This document shows positions 37,976 through 52,395 of a DNA stretch of 64,000 nt, in pieces. The translations under genes and the position numbers were made by a program. Location of the stretch: NCBI RefSeq assembly GCF_006345805.1, contig NC_043000.1:123318001-123382000 (forward strand), in the 5' to 3' direction. How positions within the stretch are numbered: position 1 is the stretch's first letter; every line of letters begins with the position of its first letter. The notes under the pieces are model-generated. The model searched no databases and was not told the DNA's origin. It saw nothing but the letters and a program-made list of their open reading frames with translations. This DNA is from Octopus sinensis. Taxonomy: Eukaryota.

Positions 37976-40900
37976 GTATGTCAACTAATTATAAATCACC
38001 CTTTCTGTTCAATATTGTATATTTTAAATGCTTAATTTCATATTACAACAGCACATGACATATAATGAGTCAAAAAACTATTTGTTTAGTAATGCATCAG
38101 GATCTAAAACATTTTGAAAGCAACAGAGAAGATAATAATCTCTCTTGTACATTATAAAATCAGGTAATAGACTTTTTAAAAACCATATCATGCATAAAAG
38201 AAAATTTAAAACATGATGTACAAGTTCTTGTCAAGCTACTGAAAAGATTAATTTTCTGAAGCTAAATCTTATCTTTAACAAATACTCTAAAATATGGTGA
38301 CTTTGATTACCAAAAGAAAGAAAAAAACAAAAGAAAATCTATTTTGAACCTTGAAAGAAGTTCAGTCACTGATTATATATCGATTATATATTGTACTTTT
38401 TTCATTTCAACTTATATTTTACAGCAAAATCAGGTAATATAAGATCTTTGATCAAAATATCACTAATGAATATTCTTCATTTTTCCATTAATTTTATGTG
38501 TAACTTTATTCCTTGATTCCTACATCAAAAAGCTCTTTTTAATAAGCTGAAAATTGTATATAAGACAAATGTATATATTTTACTTGTATATTAATTTTGT
38601 ATACATACATTTTATGCATATAAATATATAGCTTCTTTACATATCTGAATAAGCATATGTAAATATACATATATGCATATATTTGTGCCTGCAATTGTAC
38701 ATATGTATATCTGTTATTGTGTGAGTGTGTATGTGTGTGTGTGTGTTTGACTACACTTAATATATTTCAGGCATGCTTGCATCTAAATATATTTTTATGC
38801 ATGCTTGGTTGGTGCTAGGATTTATCTTAACATCTTCCTCAAGACATTGTCCATTTTATTTGTGGATTATTTCTCCATTTATCCTCAGAGAAGGTTATCT
38901 TCTCTAACTAATATTGTTTTCGTTTTCCACATGCTAATTAATATTCGAAACTCAAAAAGTATCTTTTGTTATGTTAGTTTTGTGTCTCTCCTCAAACATG
39001 AAATTTTATAATTATAATGGACAACATTCTCCATTCATTTTTTCCAATTCATTTTATTCCCTAAATTGCAATACATAACAATAAATTCATTCAATTCTTA
39101 CTGGTGTAAAATTTCTCATAGATATATTTTCTTTTGAGTATGATTAAATATCACAAATAATATTTCATTTTTTGGGTTATGCAATGTCACCAAGATTTTT
39201 TTGTGTGTGTTTCAAGAAAACAAAAGGCAGTATTTATTTTCCTTTATTACTCTGATATGATTCAGAAAAAGGTTGAATAAAAACTTGTTACTAAAGTTTG
39301 ACTTATTAAAGTTGTTATAAAAGTTCGGCTGATGGAATTTTTTATTGATGATACACAGTACTTTTTGAGATTTTTCAGTATCTTTCCTTTATTTATGAAT
39401 CCAAATAATCAACCCATTTACAAGCATTTACTATATCATTCTGTCTGTCTGTCTGTTGGCCAAAAGGTGATTTAAAAGAAAATTGAAAAAATAACTAAAA
39501 TTTTGCGCTAAATATTAAAGAAAATAGTCCATGACTGCCAGTAAATTTAAAATCTTATCACCATTCAGTTTTATTGCCTTTACCATCATCTCCACCATTT
39601 TATATTTATTTATTTCAATTTTAAAGCCAAAATTTTATTTGCTTCTGTTACAGATTATATACATCACTTCAAATTTAATTATTCAGCTAGATAGAGATTC
39701 TTTTGAAATGAATTTAAATAAAGATCACCCATCTTTACTTTTTTGATTTTATTCCATACTTTAAATTTCTCGATCATTTCTTCATTTCTGGATATTGTCT
39801 AGTCCTTATTTTCTCTTCATATCTCATGTCAAAACTCCTACTCCTACAACTCTTTCTTCCAATTTCTCATTTATTAAAACATTTCTTCACTAGAATCCCT
39901 GCAGTGTTTGGCTTCAGTTTACCATAAATTCACTGACATTTACTACCATCTAAATTTTAATAACTTCCCAAAGAGAATACCCTTAGGAAAACAATCATCT
40001 CAGTTTATACCATTTATTTATAAAAAGTTAACAAAAAATTCTTAATTCCTTAATTATAGAAAATATAAATTATGTAACTAACTGAAAAGTCAAGAGGAAA
40101 ATGTTGCATGTAAATTAATTTTAACCCAGCATCACCAAGTATAATTATGGGATTTTAATTTCACTTCCAGGATGCTTTATATTTGTGTTAGTATCACCAG
40201 TGCTCAGTAACCAACATAGATTATATTTTCTTTACTGGTACAATTTTTTATTAATTAGATTTAAGTTATATTAATTCATAAATTGTTTCTCAATAAAGGA
40301 GCAAAAAGTGGTTTGAAGCATGGCTAATTATTGTTTATTTTAGAAATAAGGATACTTAAAATATTCCAAATGTTTTATAGTAAGTACTATCATGAAAAAT
40401 ATAAACATAGTTAAGAGGAATATCAAAGTCTTTACAATTTAAGCAAAACTTTTCTTAAAATAAATAAGATTGGAATATTTTATGTGAACCTTATATGCAT
40501 GTGAATATACCAAATAATATATTTGTATATATAACTATGTATTTCTTTCATGCATGCCTATCTGGGTATCTAGCTATGCATGTACATGAATGATTCAGTA
40601 ATTAGTTTTAGTTTTATTTAATCAAGGTTTATCATGAAAGAAGCCTTTGCACATTTGATGTCAATATATTTTTAAAATGTCTTTGAATAATTAGAAATGA
40701 GGAATGTGTGTGCATATGATATAAAGATAAGTTAACCAAACCATTATCCTTACTTTGTGTATTCATACCATAAAAGAATAAATATCTTGTTCACAGTTAT
40801 TCCTTGTCTGACTGCACACAATATTTCACTAGAGCTTTTACATTATTTAATTTTTTTTTTAATAATTACTCTTTGTGTCACCTCCTTTTTATAAGCCCAT

Positions 40901-41199
40901 TCAGATTGAAAACATTCAACACTGAAATATGTTCTTGTTCTACCAGTGTCTGATTATTTACATCTAATAAGTAGTGATCACATACTCTATACTAAAAATT
41001 GATATTTATATTTCATTATACAGCAATGTTATGAATTAAATCTTTGAAAAACAATCCCTAAGGAGTACTTTCTATAAAAGATATTCCCCATTCATGCTCC
41101 TTCAGCTAAGCTTATCTGTAAAAGAGAAGTTAAAAAATACTGTATAATTGGATAACATTAATAATTATACTGCTTAGTCGAATAATTGCACTTCCCGTT

Positions 41200-41426
41200 G
41201 GCGAGCTGGCAGTAACGTTAGTACGTCGGGCAAAATGCTTAGCAGTATTTTGTCTGCCATTACGTTGTGAGTTCAAATTCCGCCGAGGTCGACTTTGCCT
41301 TTCATCCTTTCGGGATTGATAAATTAAGTACCAGTTATGCACTGGGTCGATGTAATTGATTTAATCCCTTTGTCTGTCCTTGTTTGTCCCCTCTATGTTT
41401 AGCCCTCTGTGGGTAATAAAGAAATA
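41200..41426 (+). mobile_element. Well-preserved full-length family-A tRNA SINE
   Basis: A box tggcagtaacgttag and B box gagttcaaattcc (about 41269-41281). Central gtcgactttgcctttcatcctttcgggattgataaattaagtaccag resembles, from memory, the Deu/Nin-type SINE core. CpGs are retained, suggesting a young copy. Confidence 0.9.
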
Positions 41427-42292
41427 TATTAAGGCCCTAATAAATTCAATCTAATCCTCATAAACAAATGTCCTTGAGAAGTTATAATTTTTTTTCTTCT
41501 AATTCTAGTATAATTGTCTGGTGGGGCTTTGTTTCTTTTATAATTGAAATTTTAGTTGTAAAGTTAGTGCAGACATTGTGCTTTAGTTAGAAAATAGAAG
41601 TTTTCCATCTGAGTTCTTGCTGTCTATTTTGTGACTAGTGAGTAGTAATACTTTTTATCAATTTGTTGTAATTTCACAATCCATAAATTCATCAATTAAT
41701 ACATTTATGAATTAACTAACATTGTTCAAAGAATGCATTTTAAGTAAATGGTCAGACGCTACAAATTATTGAGACAATATCAAACAAAAAGATATAGAAC
41801 ACTGATGTTTAAATTCTTAAATAAAAAAGAATTACATTCTCCATGTTCTGTAAAGTCATGCTTCAATGCTACATCCATTCAAAATCTATAAACTGATCAG
41901 CGGTAATTGAATAGTATGCACTTACTGACTTATTCCCTACTGTACAACCACAATTCTGGCATAGATGACTTCATTTACAAATCTATTTTAAACAAAACAT
42001 ACTTTAGTTTTATAAAAATATATATACTAGTCCAGTTGTTATTTTAAATATTCTGTGCAGGGATTTTACTATTTGACCAAATATGATATGTAAATGGTAT
42101 TTGTTCCATCAGGGAAACTGCATCACAAGCCTCTGAACTTGTGACCATGTGATCAGTAGTACATAGAATGTAGAAAAAACATATAGTGATATACATAAAA
42201 TGAAACATGTTTAATGGATAAGGGATCTATAGATTAGTAAGTATTCTTAGATCAATTCTATCAGACATTGTTAAATATCTCAAATATATTAC

Positions 42293-42335
<43 letters not shown>

Positions 42336-42420
42336 AATGGCATTGCATGGGTTTTTGCTACCCTGTTTGGTTTAAACAACATACATCAGATACACTACTG
42401 CATGCACACATACAGACACA

Positions 42421-42421
<1 letters not shown>

Positions 42422-42495
<74 letters not shown>

Positions 42496-42525
42496 TTATC
42501 TGTCTGTCTGTCTGTCTGTCTGTCT
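42422..42525. repeat. (TCTA)n(TCTG)n array
   Basis: Direct reading; explains the YLSI repeat in ORF 42347-42724. Confidence 0.95.
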
Positions 42526-44159
42526 GCATTTACATACAAAGGTTGAATTATGTCAAATAAATGAAAGAGTACTCAGTAGATGGTGTGGAGTGTATGGTTT
42601 ACTGAAACTGAAGTTTTATCTCACAACTCAAGTTTCCTACCACTGTGGTCTTCAAGCAAGAGCCAATCACAACGTCATAAAATTTGAGTTGCAAGACAAA
42701 AATTCACCTCAAAAAGCTGTATGAGCACACGTGTGTGAGTGGAAACTTAAAGTATAACACAGTATGAATCAAAAGAACTGAAATATTACAAAGTTTACTC
42801 CTAGTGAAACAAGAATGTAAATACATTACATCTATACTTTTGGTGTGCAATGAAAGAATATGGAGAGCCTCCTAATGAGCAGTTTCCCAGTTTGTTGACT
42901 GCTCCTCAAAAAAACCATACTTTGTTTCATTCCCCCATCAGTAACATAGAATGCTAAATGAAATGGTCATAAATTAGAATAGCATCATAGTAGATAACTT
43001 AATTTGTAATTTTTATAGGCTCCTCATTAATTAATATATATTTTGTACAACACACAGTATGAATGAGAAAAATTTTAATAAATTTAAATATTGCAAAGTC
43101 TAATTGGGGGATGGATAAGAATGTAAACAAAATCTTATGCAAAAGCAAAAATGACATCTTTTATGCACACTCAAACACACACGCACACACACACACAGAG
43201 ATATATACATACGTATGTGCATGCATCAATGAGCTTCCATACAGTTTCCACCTACCAATTTAATTCACAAGACACTGGTCAGCACAAAGCAATTATAGGA
43301 AACATGATGTTGCATAAACATCCTGAGCATGTGTGTGTGCTTGCATCACATGTATATATATATATAGGAAAATTAGTTTTGCAGTTTTGTACTATAAGTT
43401 TTGTACTATGCTCAGGTAGGTGTAATATTCATATCTCTGGTATTGGGTCCTATATTATTTTTATTTTAAATTTTAACTGATAATTTGTAATGTATGTGTG
43501 TGTATCCCATATATATATTAATGTGTGTGTGTGTGTAAAACTACATAATAGACATGCAAACATGTCAAATTCATATATATAACACATACATATGTTACAA
43601 TAAATATTTATATATATATTACACATACACATAATGATTGGAGCATGGAAAACATTTATTAGTCATTCAAAAGCATGCAAAGATTGTTAACGTCATTTAA
43701 ACATGTATTATTTGATGTTAAACTTTTTTGTCACATCAGAATTGCAGAGAACTCATGTCAGTGAGCAGGTCACAGTAAAATGAAAATTTTGATACCTGAT
43801 AATAAATGTTTAAGTGAGGTTAACAGTCTTTGTGTGTTTTTAAATGGCTAATATATGATTTCTCTCTTACACTAATTTTAATCTCAATACAACCTCACAG
43901 CCAAACTACATGCTTGTCAAATACGTCTCTGATATAATTAAAAGAAACAAAAATTGCGAGTAATAGGATTAATATTTTATCTCATTTTCAAAGAAATACA
44001 TGCAAATACTTTTGCATGTGTATACTTTGAAAGAAATTGCAACATAGTGTTCATTGTTTTTGTTCTTGAAATTTTGGTTACTCAGTTAAAGCCAATAAAT
44101 CATAATACTTTTGCAATTATCTTGAAAGTTTATGAGTGGCATAATGAATAAAAGAAAGA

Positions 44160-44350
44160 AGTGGTAAGAAGCTTGCTTCCCAACCACATGGTTCCAGGTT
44201 CATGGTTCATGGTTCCACTGCATGCCACCTTGGGCAAGTGTCTTCTGCAATAGTCTCAGGCTGACCAAAGCCTTGTGAATGGATTTGGTAGGCAGAAACT
44301 GGAAGAAGCCCATCGTATATATGTGTGTGTGTGTATGTGTGTGTGTGTAA

Positions 44351-44381
<31 letters not shown>

Positions 44382-44575
44382 TGTGCCTCCATTGCCACTT
44401 GACAATCAGTGTTGAGGTGTTGCATCCCTGTAACTTAGCAGTTTGGTAAAAGAGACCGATAGAATAAGTACTAGGCTTAAAAAAATAGTACTGGGGTCAA
44501 TTTGTTTAACTAAAACCCAGCAGGGTGGTGCCCCAGCATGGCTGCAGTCAAGTAACTGAAACAAATAAATGAATA
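44160..44575 (+). mobile_element. Full-length family-B tRNA SINE with internal (GT)n
   Basis: Head gtggtaagaagcttgcttcccaaccacatggttcc...ccttgggcaagtgtcttct...gaagcccatcgtata(GT)n...gagaccgatagaataagtactagg...gactgaaacaa. Partial copies at about 44605-44755, 47262-47345, 50725-50830 and 54255-54400. Confidence 0.85.
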
Positions 44576-44750
44576 AGAAAAAAAAAAATATATATATATG
44601 CACAGGTGTGGGTGTTTAGCAAGAAGCTTGTTTCCCACCACATGATTTCAGGTTTAGTTCCACGGCATGATATCTTGAATATGTGATTTCTACTACAGCC
44701 CTGGGCTAATCAAAGCCTTAAGGGTGGATTTGGTAGACAAAAACTGAAAT

Positions 44751-44784
<34 letters not shown>

Positions 44785-46329
44785 ATGCGGGTTTGTATGT
44801 GGAATTATTACCTTACTTGTAAACCTACTAGGGTTGGCAACAGGAAAGGCATCAAGCCATAGAAAATCTGCCTTATCAAATTCCATCCAACCTATGTGAG
44901 CATGGAAAAGTGGACATTAAACTGATGTTGTTGTTGATGATGATATACATATGCATATATATATAATCATCATTTGACACCCATGTTCTATGTTGGCATG
45001 GGTTAGATGGTTTGACAGGATCTGATGGGCCTCATGTCTTTGGCATGGTCTCTATGGCTGGATGCCATTCCCAATACCAGCCATTTTACAGAGTGTACTG
45101 GGTGCTTCCATCATGCAGCTTATAGCACTACTAACCCTAAGAGAATGGCGGCAGTTTTATGCATTTATATATGTGTGTATGCATGTACATTTGTGTGTAT
45201 ATATATATTTCATATAATTGAACTTAAAACTCAGATAATATTTGAGAACAATTAACCTGGTTATATAGATATATGAATAAATGCTTCAAATATTTAAATG
45301 CAAGGCAAGTCAAATAGAAGACAAAACATATTATCATAAAAATACAAGTTTGTTGCAACTCCATGCATTACCACAATGACTATTATAGAGTCTGTCATTT
45401 ATCACTGTTACTGTTACTGTCATTCATTTAACTAATTTTGCTTCTAAAATTTCAACATCCTCAGTAAATATTACCGGAATGAGTAGTTGCTAAACTGTAG
45501 GGTTCTGCATAATTAAGATAGGATTAAACTAAGAATTTCCTCTAGAAGTGTTTCAGAACTTGACAAACAGCAACCAAGGGAAACAACTTAAATAAAATCT
45601 GTTGAAATTTTTAATAATATACAGCATACAGATGGAAGTGAGTCTAGTTTATAAAGTCAAGTGGTGAAAGTAACAGATTTATTTTGATCTTAGACCTCCT
45701 TAGCAAAACATTTCCTATTCAAATGGCAAGATTAAGAGATTAAAATCATTAGCATATCTACGAATATGCTAAATGTAGTGATGCTGATTAAATACATTTC
45801 TTAGCCACATTATTAATAATTATAATCAGTATCACTATATTCCATTGTACTCAGTTCTTTTTTATTCCTCATAGACCTACAGGCCTTCACAGAGAAGTTT
45901 AAGATTAGCTGTCTATGGGAATACCTATATGCCAATTATCTAGCTATCATAGCTGAATCTATAGGGGAATTAGAGAGGAAATCCAGGCTTAGAAGCTGAA
46001 CCTAGTATCAAGAGGTCTTAAGGTAAGAGCTTAACAAAGACAAAGGTTTTAATAAGTAGGGAAGAAAACAAGACCCTTCTATCCTCAGGGAAGTGCCTTG
46101 CTCACTAAACAGAAAATGAGTAGGTATAAATTCGATATGTTGTACATATTGTAAGCCATGAATGCACAAGAACATGAAATGTAGTAGAATAACAGAACAT
46201 AAGCTTCATATGTAATAGATGCACTGGAGTAATACATACTATGAGCACAATGGAAACAGAATCTCTTTAAAACCTACAAGAAGTAACTGATGGCTTTTGA
46301 TATTTAGGAGATGTAACTAACAGTAAAGT

Positions 46330-47260
46330 TGGTTGCTCTGAAAGACCAGCAGCCAGGCTAAGAATGGTTGTAGAAAGTTCAGGGAGTTACTACCACTGCT
46401 GGCAACAAAAACCCCTCTCCCTTAAAGTGAAAAGCAAATTATATGACATTTCAATTAGAACTACAATGTTGCATGATAGTGAGACATGGACCTTCAATGT
46501 AGAGGACTTGAGAAGACTGGAATGAAATGAAGAGAGAATTCCCCATTGGATGTGCAATGTAAGTGATCATGAAGGGCATCGTACATTGAGATAAAACTGA
46601 GCATAAAAGGAATCAGATGTAATGTGAAAGAAAGAAAACTGTGCTGGTTTGGGCATGTGATGTATATGAATGAGGACATTTGTATGAAAAGTGTTGATCA
46701 CTTAATGCGGATGAAGGTTGTGGAAATGGGAGACCAAAGAAGACATGGTACAAATTGGTGAAAGCTGATTTCAGGATCCTGAACTTCACAGAACAAATGA
46801 CAAGGGACCAGGATGACAGTTGATATGCTATCCAGAATGTGCTCTGTGTCTGTGTATACATAACTAGACCTTCACGCAATGTCCTCTTCAAGACACCCCC
46901 ACCACCATTTGTCTCTCTAACTATAGCTTTTCCCTGATACTACTAGTCTTTCTCACTGCCTCAAACCATTTCACTTGATATCCATCCTTCATCCTTATAC
47001 TGTCCACTCCACCTGCATTTTATATTGATTATCCCATTGAGCAACAAAATTATCTATTCCCCTCTACCACTATATGTGTCTCATTCTCCCCCATGCACTA
47101 CACCTGCCTCTTTCCCCCTCACTTCATCTCTCTCTCATCCTTTCCTTGTCTACTGTGTCATCATTACAATTATGCTGCTCTACACTCTCCCATACATCAT
47201 TGGTAATACCCCAGCCCTTATCCACCATTCACTACATCCACCCCTCGACATTTTGCATTC
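46330..47260 (+). mobile_element. RTE-type LINE 3' end (RT C-terminus plus pyrimidine-rich 3' UTR)
   Basis: TMLHDSETWTFNVEDLRRLE*NE...WMCNVS...GNGRPKKTWYKLVKADFRILNFTEQMTRDQDD matches RTE YGSETW...RLERNE..MLRWMC...GRGRPRKTW. Confidence 0.85.
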
Positions 47261-47351
47261 AGTCCCAATGTGTGGCATCTTCAGCAAGTGACAACAAACC
47301 AACCAAAGATTTATGAGTGGTTTTGATAGACTGAAACTGAAAGAAGCCCTT

Positions 47352-47387
<36 letters not shown>

Positions 47388-48432
47388 CACACATGCACAC
47401 ACACACATATAGATGTATGTAGGCATTTATGTATATGTGTGTGTGTTTGAAGGATTTCATATTTGCCTCGCATTTTGCTTAGTGGTTATAAACAATAGCT
47501 TCACTAATGGTGTCATTTGCTTGCTATCCATGACAAAAGCATGTCCAGGCTTCTTGGCATGCCTTGATATGTTGTGTGATCTTTGTAAATAAAGGGCTCG
47601 TTTTGTTGTTGTTTGTTTCCAGTTCTCCACATAAGCATGCCCAAGCTGTTTGTTGTTTGATAGACTAGGAGCTTAAACTTCACTTGGGAGTTCACAACAG
47701 GAAGGGCATTAAGCCATAGAAAACTCTGTCCCAGCATATTCACATATGGCCTTGCAAACATGGAAAAGTAGACATTAAAATGATGAGGTGGAGGATGATG
47801 ATGATGACGACGACGATGACAACGATGATCCACTCCAGTCCACATTATCCAAAATGTCCAAAAGTTTAGATCTACTGATTTTAGTGGCGTTACATCCATT
47901 GCTTATAGTTTGCTTATAGTTTTTAGATTCTAAATCCCTGAAGCAAGATATTTTTGAATAACCTCTGTGGTTAAATGGTTTTCAACTCACTTATTACATA
48001 AGTAAAAACCTGCAGTTTTTGTAATTAGTAAGCAGAACATTTCAGTGAGGTATTTTATCTCAGCCATATCATGAAATTAATAGCCTGCTATTCAACAGAC
48101 ATGTATATTAAACAATCTCAGCAGGGCTTTAAACATACATGTACCAAGCAACCAAATAAATTTGAAATGTGTACCTGTGTGTGAGTGTGTGTGTATGTGT
48201 GTGTTGTTATCAAAATATTGAGATAGAAACAAATATGGCATATTACTATAGAAACTATTCATACAGCTCAGTATTCTATTGCCTAATATTCTATTTTTAT
48301 TGCTAATAATGCAGAAATATGTGAACTCCAGATCAATAAATTGAGCCAATCAATATAATACATGTATACATAGCTGCAGGTACATACAATTACACACATA
48401 TACATATGTATGTATGTATTAGTATGAATATT

Positions 48433-48476
<44 letters not shown>

Positions 48477-48478
<2 letters not shown>

Positions 48479-48689
48479 GGTGGCAAGTTGACAGAATCAG
48501 TAACAGACTGGGCAAAATATTTAGTGACAGTTCATCTATCTCTTTGTTCTGAATTCAAATTCTGCCAAGGTTGACTTTGCCTTTCATCCCATCAGGGGTT
48601 TATGAAATAAGTACCAATCGAACACTGGGGTCAATGTAATAAACTTATCCTCTCCCACAAATTGCTGAACCTATGCCAAAATCTGAAAC

Positions 48690-48692
<3 letters not shown>
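48477..48692 (+). mobile_element. Family-A SINE flanked by (TTA)n
   Basis: ggtggcaagttgacagaatc...gaattcaaattctgccaaggttgactttgcctttcatccc...aataagtacc. Confidence 0.85.
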
Positions 48693-48726
<34 letters not shown>

Positions 48727-49166
48727 GAGTGAGAGAGCAGTGCATGCCATCAAAGTGACACTGGGTTAAAATATACAAAGCCCAGTATACCCATCATGAC
48801 TACCCATCTGATAAGGGTACACCAGGCACAGGCATCACAACCATATGTGTGCAACATAGTGCTCTCATATCAAGATAAACAGTGCATAACCTTGCAGGTG
48901 GAGCCCAGTTAGAATTTTCTTCAAATCAAGGAGCCCATCCTGCTCAGATAGGTCCCTGAATAAGGATTGTTTAAGAATGATAAACAAAACATCCATGTTT
49001 CCAGAGGTGAATTATCCAAACCCCAAAGACTTCCTTTCAACACATAATCTGATGCTCCCCCACTACTTCTGCTTGTGATCAGAGATGCGCATATCGTCAG
49101 CCACTAAGGGACATGCTCAACTGGTTAAGGTCAAACAACTGACAAGCAAATATGTGGCATTGAGCA
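48727..49166 (-). mobile_element. Non-coding interspersed element E, copy 1 (truncated or interrupted by a SINE)
   Basis: Homologous along its length to 49446-49890 and begins immediately after (TTA)n. Confidence 0.75.
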
Positions 49167-49167
49167 A

Positions 49168-49379
49168 GCCAGTGAGCTGGCAGAATCATTTGCATGCTGG
49201 AAGAAATGCTTAGTGGTATTTCAACCACCACTATGTTTTAAGTTCAAATTCTGCCATGGTTGACTTTGCCTTTCCATCATTTTGGGGTCGATAAATTAAG
49301 TACCAGTAGAATACTGGGGTCAGTGTAATCGATTTAAGTCCTCCCCAAAACTTCAAGTCTTGTGCCTATAGTAGAAAGG

Positions 49380-49380
<1 letters not shown>
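49168..49380 (+). mobile_element. Family-A SINE
   Basis: gtgagctggcagaatc...agttcaaattctgccatggttgactttgcctttcc...ggggtcgataaattaagtaccag. Confidence 0.85.
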
Positions 49381-49445
<65 letters not shown>

Positions 49446-50005
49446 GAGTGAGAGAGCAGCGCATGCTATCTAAGTGACACTGGGGTACAAATATGCAAAG
49501 CCCAATGTACTCATTATGACTACTCATTTGATAAGGGTACATCAGGCACATGCATGCATACCATTTGTGTACAACGTGCTGATCCCATATCAAGATAAAT
49601 AGTGCATGACCTTGCAGACAGGACTCAGTTAGATTTTTCATCATGTCAAGTACCCCGTTCTGCTTCAAAGGCCCCTAAATAAGAGTTGCTTAAAGATGAT
49701 GAATGAAACACCCATGTTTCCAGAGGTGAATTATCTAAACCCCAAAGACTTCCTCTTAACACATGGCTATGATGCTCCCTCACTACTTTTGCTCATGATC
49801 AGAGATTGCACATATTGTCAGCCACAAAGGGACATATTCAACTAGTTAAGGTCAAGCAAGTGACATGCAAATCTGTGGTTTTGAGTAGAATATTTACTGT
49901 AGGCCATCTTTTATACCCAGACAAAACAATATGCATGATAACACTTCCAACAAGTTAAGATCAGAAACCATGAGAGCCACTGCCTGGGACTGCATCAGGG
50001 CATTT
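49446..50005 (-). mobile_element. Non-coding interspersed element E, copy 2, embedded in (TTA)n on both sides
   Basis: (tta)n-gagtgagagagcagc...tgcatcagggcattt-(att)n. Strand is assigned by assuming an (AAT)n 3' tail. Confidence 0.75.
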
Positions 50006-51459
50006 ATTATTATTATTATTATTACCATTATTATAATGTATGTTCTCCCTGGCTCATGAAATCAGGACAGTTAATGAGTGACCTGAAGATCTGTAAGTTA
50101 ATGCCAATACAAAAATAGTAGGCACATAGAAGTTCCAGAAAAACTGTTTGAGGTAGAAGAAAATGAGCAAGTTGCTCAGTTGAAAGTTCAGGAATTGAGA
50201 CAAAATAAGAGAAGTAATGGGCCACATAGTCTATTTAGAGAATCAGAAGTCAAGATATTAATGATAGAAGAGAGAGAGAGATGAAACAGTACATCTACTG
50301 ACCAGTAGTTGTAGTGTATAGTTAGTGAATTTTTGCCAATCAGCCAGATGGTTTCTTTTGTATACCTGATAATACTTTTAGCAGCAACTCATTTCAGATA
50401 AACATTCTGTACTTTAATGTTGGTTACACTTCTCCTTTTTTGTAGTGATTAGAACAACATCCATTTTTCAATTTTTGCTCTTAAATCCTAATATAAGTGG
50501 AGCAAGTTTAATAATGTTATATTTGTGTGACTGACATGAAAAAAATTCATCAGGTATCATAAAGGTTGGCCATTTTTAACAAGTTTGAGGATTTTTAACA
50601 GTGTTCATGTATAGAAAGTACATAGATGCAAGATCGTTTCATCTTTATGTGAAGTGATTAGGTTTTATTGCATTTGAAGGTAACTACTATATCATATACT
50701 GATTACATGTATGTGTATGTGTGTCTTTATGTCTGTGTTTATCTCTAACCACAACTTGACAATCGGTGTTGGTGTGTTTACATCCCTGTTATTTTTGGCA
50801 GTTCAGCAAAAGCGACCAGTAATATAAGTTCCAAGGGCTCTCTTTATGGAAGTAATGTTAGTTCAGTGTTAGGTAATTAATGTTAGAGGAAGGATAATAC
50901 CTATATAGAAATGTTGAAGAGAGAGAATATTGGTAACAGCTACATATGTATTGTTTGATTGAGAGCAATGCTATTAATATAAATAATGCAGTTAATCTCT
51001 AGCACAAGACAGGGCACACAGGTGGATCTCATTAGGTGGCATGCTTAACTAAGAGGCTCTAGTGTTAGATACAGCTAAGAACTTTCCTTGATGCTAAGGG
51101 CAAATACACTGATATTCCCAACTGTGCAACATGAATGAAACACGGCATTGAAAAACAGATCACTATTCGATCTGATTTAGTGGAAATGATGAAACCATAC
51201 TAATATACAACTGTGTGTATCTGTGTGTGTGTGTGTGTATAAATATATATATATATATATGGGTCTACTGTGAGGATTCACTCTGTAAGGTGGTTGGTAT
51301 TAGGAAGGGTATCTAGCAATAAAACCCTGCCAAAACAGTGAAGCCTGATGCAGTCTTTTGCCTAGTCATCCCCTGTTAGGCCATCCAATCCATGCCAGCA
51401 TGGAAAATAGACATTAAACGATGGTGATGATGGTAGTTTAGACTTCTGGCGTCCTTGGT

Positions 51460-51615
51460 TACCAGACCATATCCCTGCTCATCGTTATCTGGGCAGAGAT
51501 TGCTGTCTGCAAGTGTGAGCCCCACGAGTCAGAGTGGCTGTTCCAGTGCATCTCCTTCACTATTATCCAGGACAATGCCTTTTCCATTTTGTCTGCTGGT
51601 GCCATGAGAAATGTT
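51460..51615 (+). mobile_element. Possible CRE/HERO-like RLE retrotransposon C-terminal fragment
   Basis: GC-rich island reading ...CEPHESEWLFQCISFTIIQDNAFSILSAG, similar to the RLE terminal motif E..WL.QR.S.AI.RGNA.SI. Confidence 0.45.
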
Positions 51616-52199
51616 TCTATATTGTGAGAGGCAAGATTCTCCATATTTGAGCAATGTGAAAAAATAGAAAAAATAGAAAACACAAAACAAAAAGAGATTT
51701 TAAAAAATAGAGCAAAGAAACCAGACATATGAACCAGGCAATAAATCATTGCATTTTCTGTGAGCTTAACTTCCGGGAATTCAGTGTTTAGAGACTTAGT
51801 ATATTGTTCATATTTTGCATTTTCGCTATATCTGTTAATCTGCCAGTTTCTCTCTTTATCTCTTTTCTCTCTCTCTCTCCACCCTTCTCTCTCTTGCTCA
51901 CTCTACATACACAAACACATGTAAATACATATACAGACACCACACACATACATCCATATGTGCTGTGTGTATGTGCATTTGTGTGTGTGTGTGCATGTAA
52001 AAGGTTATTAATTAAGATATGTTAAAGTACTGAACTACACTACTGAGCACATGGTCATGGGTACAAACCCTCCTAATACATTCACTAGATTATAGCCTTG
52101 GCAAACACATAGTTCACTATACCTCCATTTCTTTGATTGTCAACAAATTCCACTATTACTTTATGGTTGAATAGTTAGTGTTCAAAAAAGGAAAAAGTA

Positions 52200-52395
<196 letters not shown>

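Noticed and set aside
42347-42724. 125-aa ORF and other long ORFs (13750-14319, 27247-27640, 30512-30739, 52175-52572, 63276-63640)
   Set aside because: They are open only because microsatellites or pyrimidine-rich LINE UTRs lack stop codons (YLSI, HT, YI repeats).
49975-50005. gcctgggactgca at the end of element E resembling U2 snRNA cctggtattgca
   Set aside because: The match is about 12 nt with mismatches, too short to claim U2 origin or U2 targeting.
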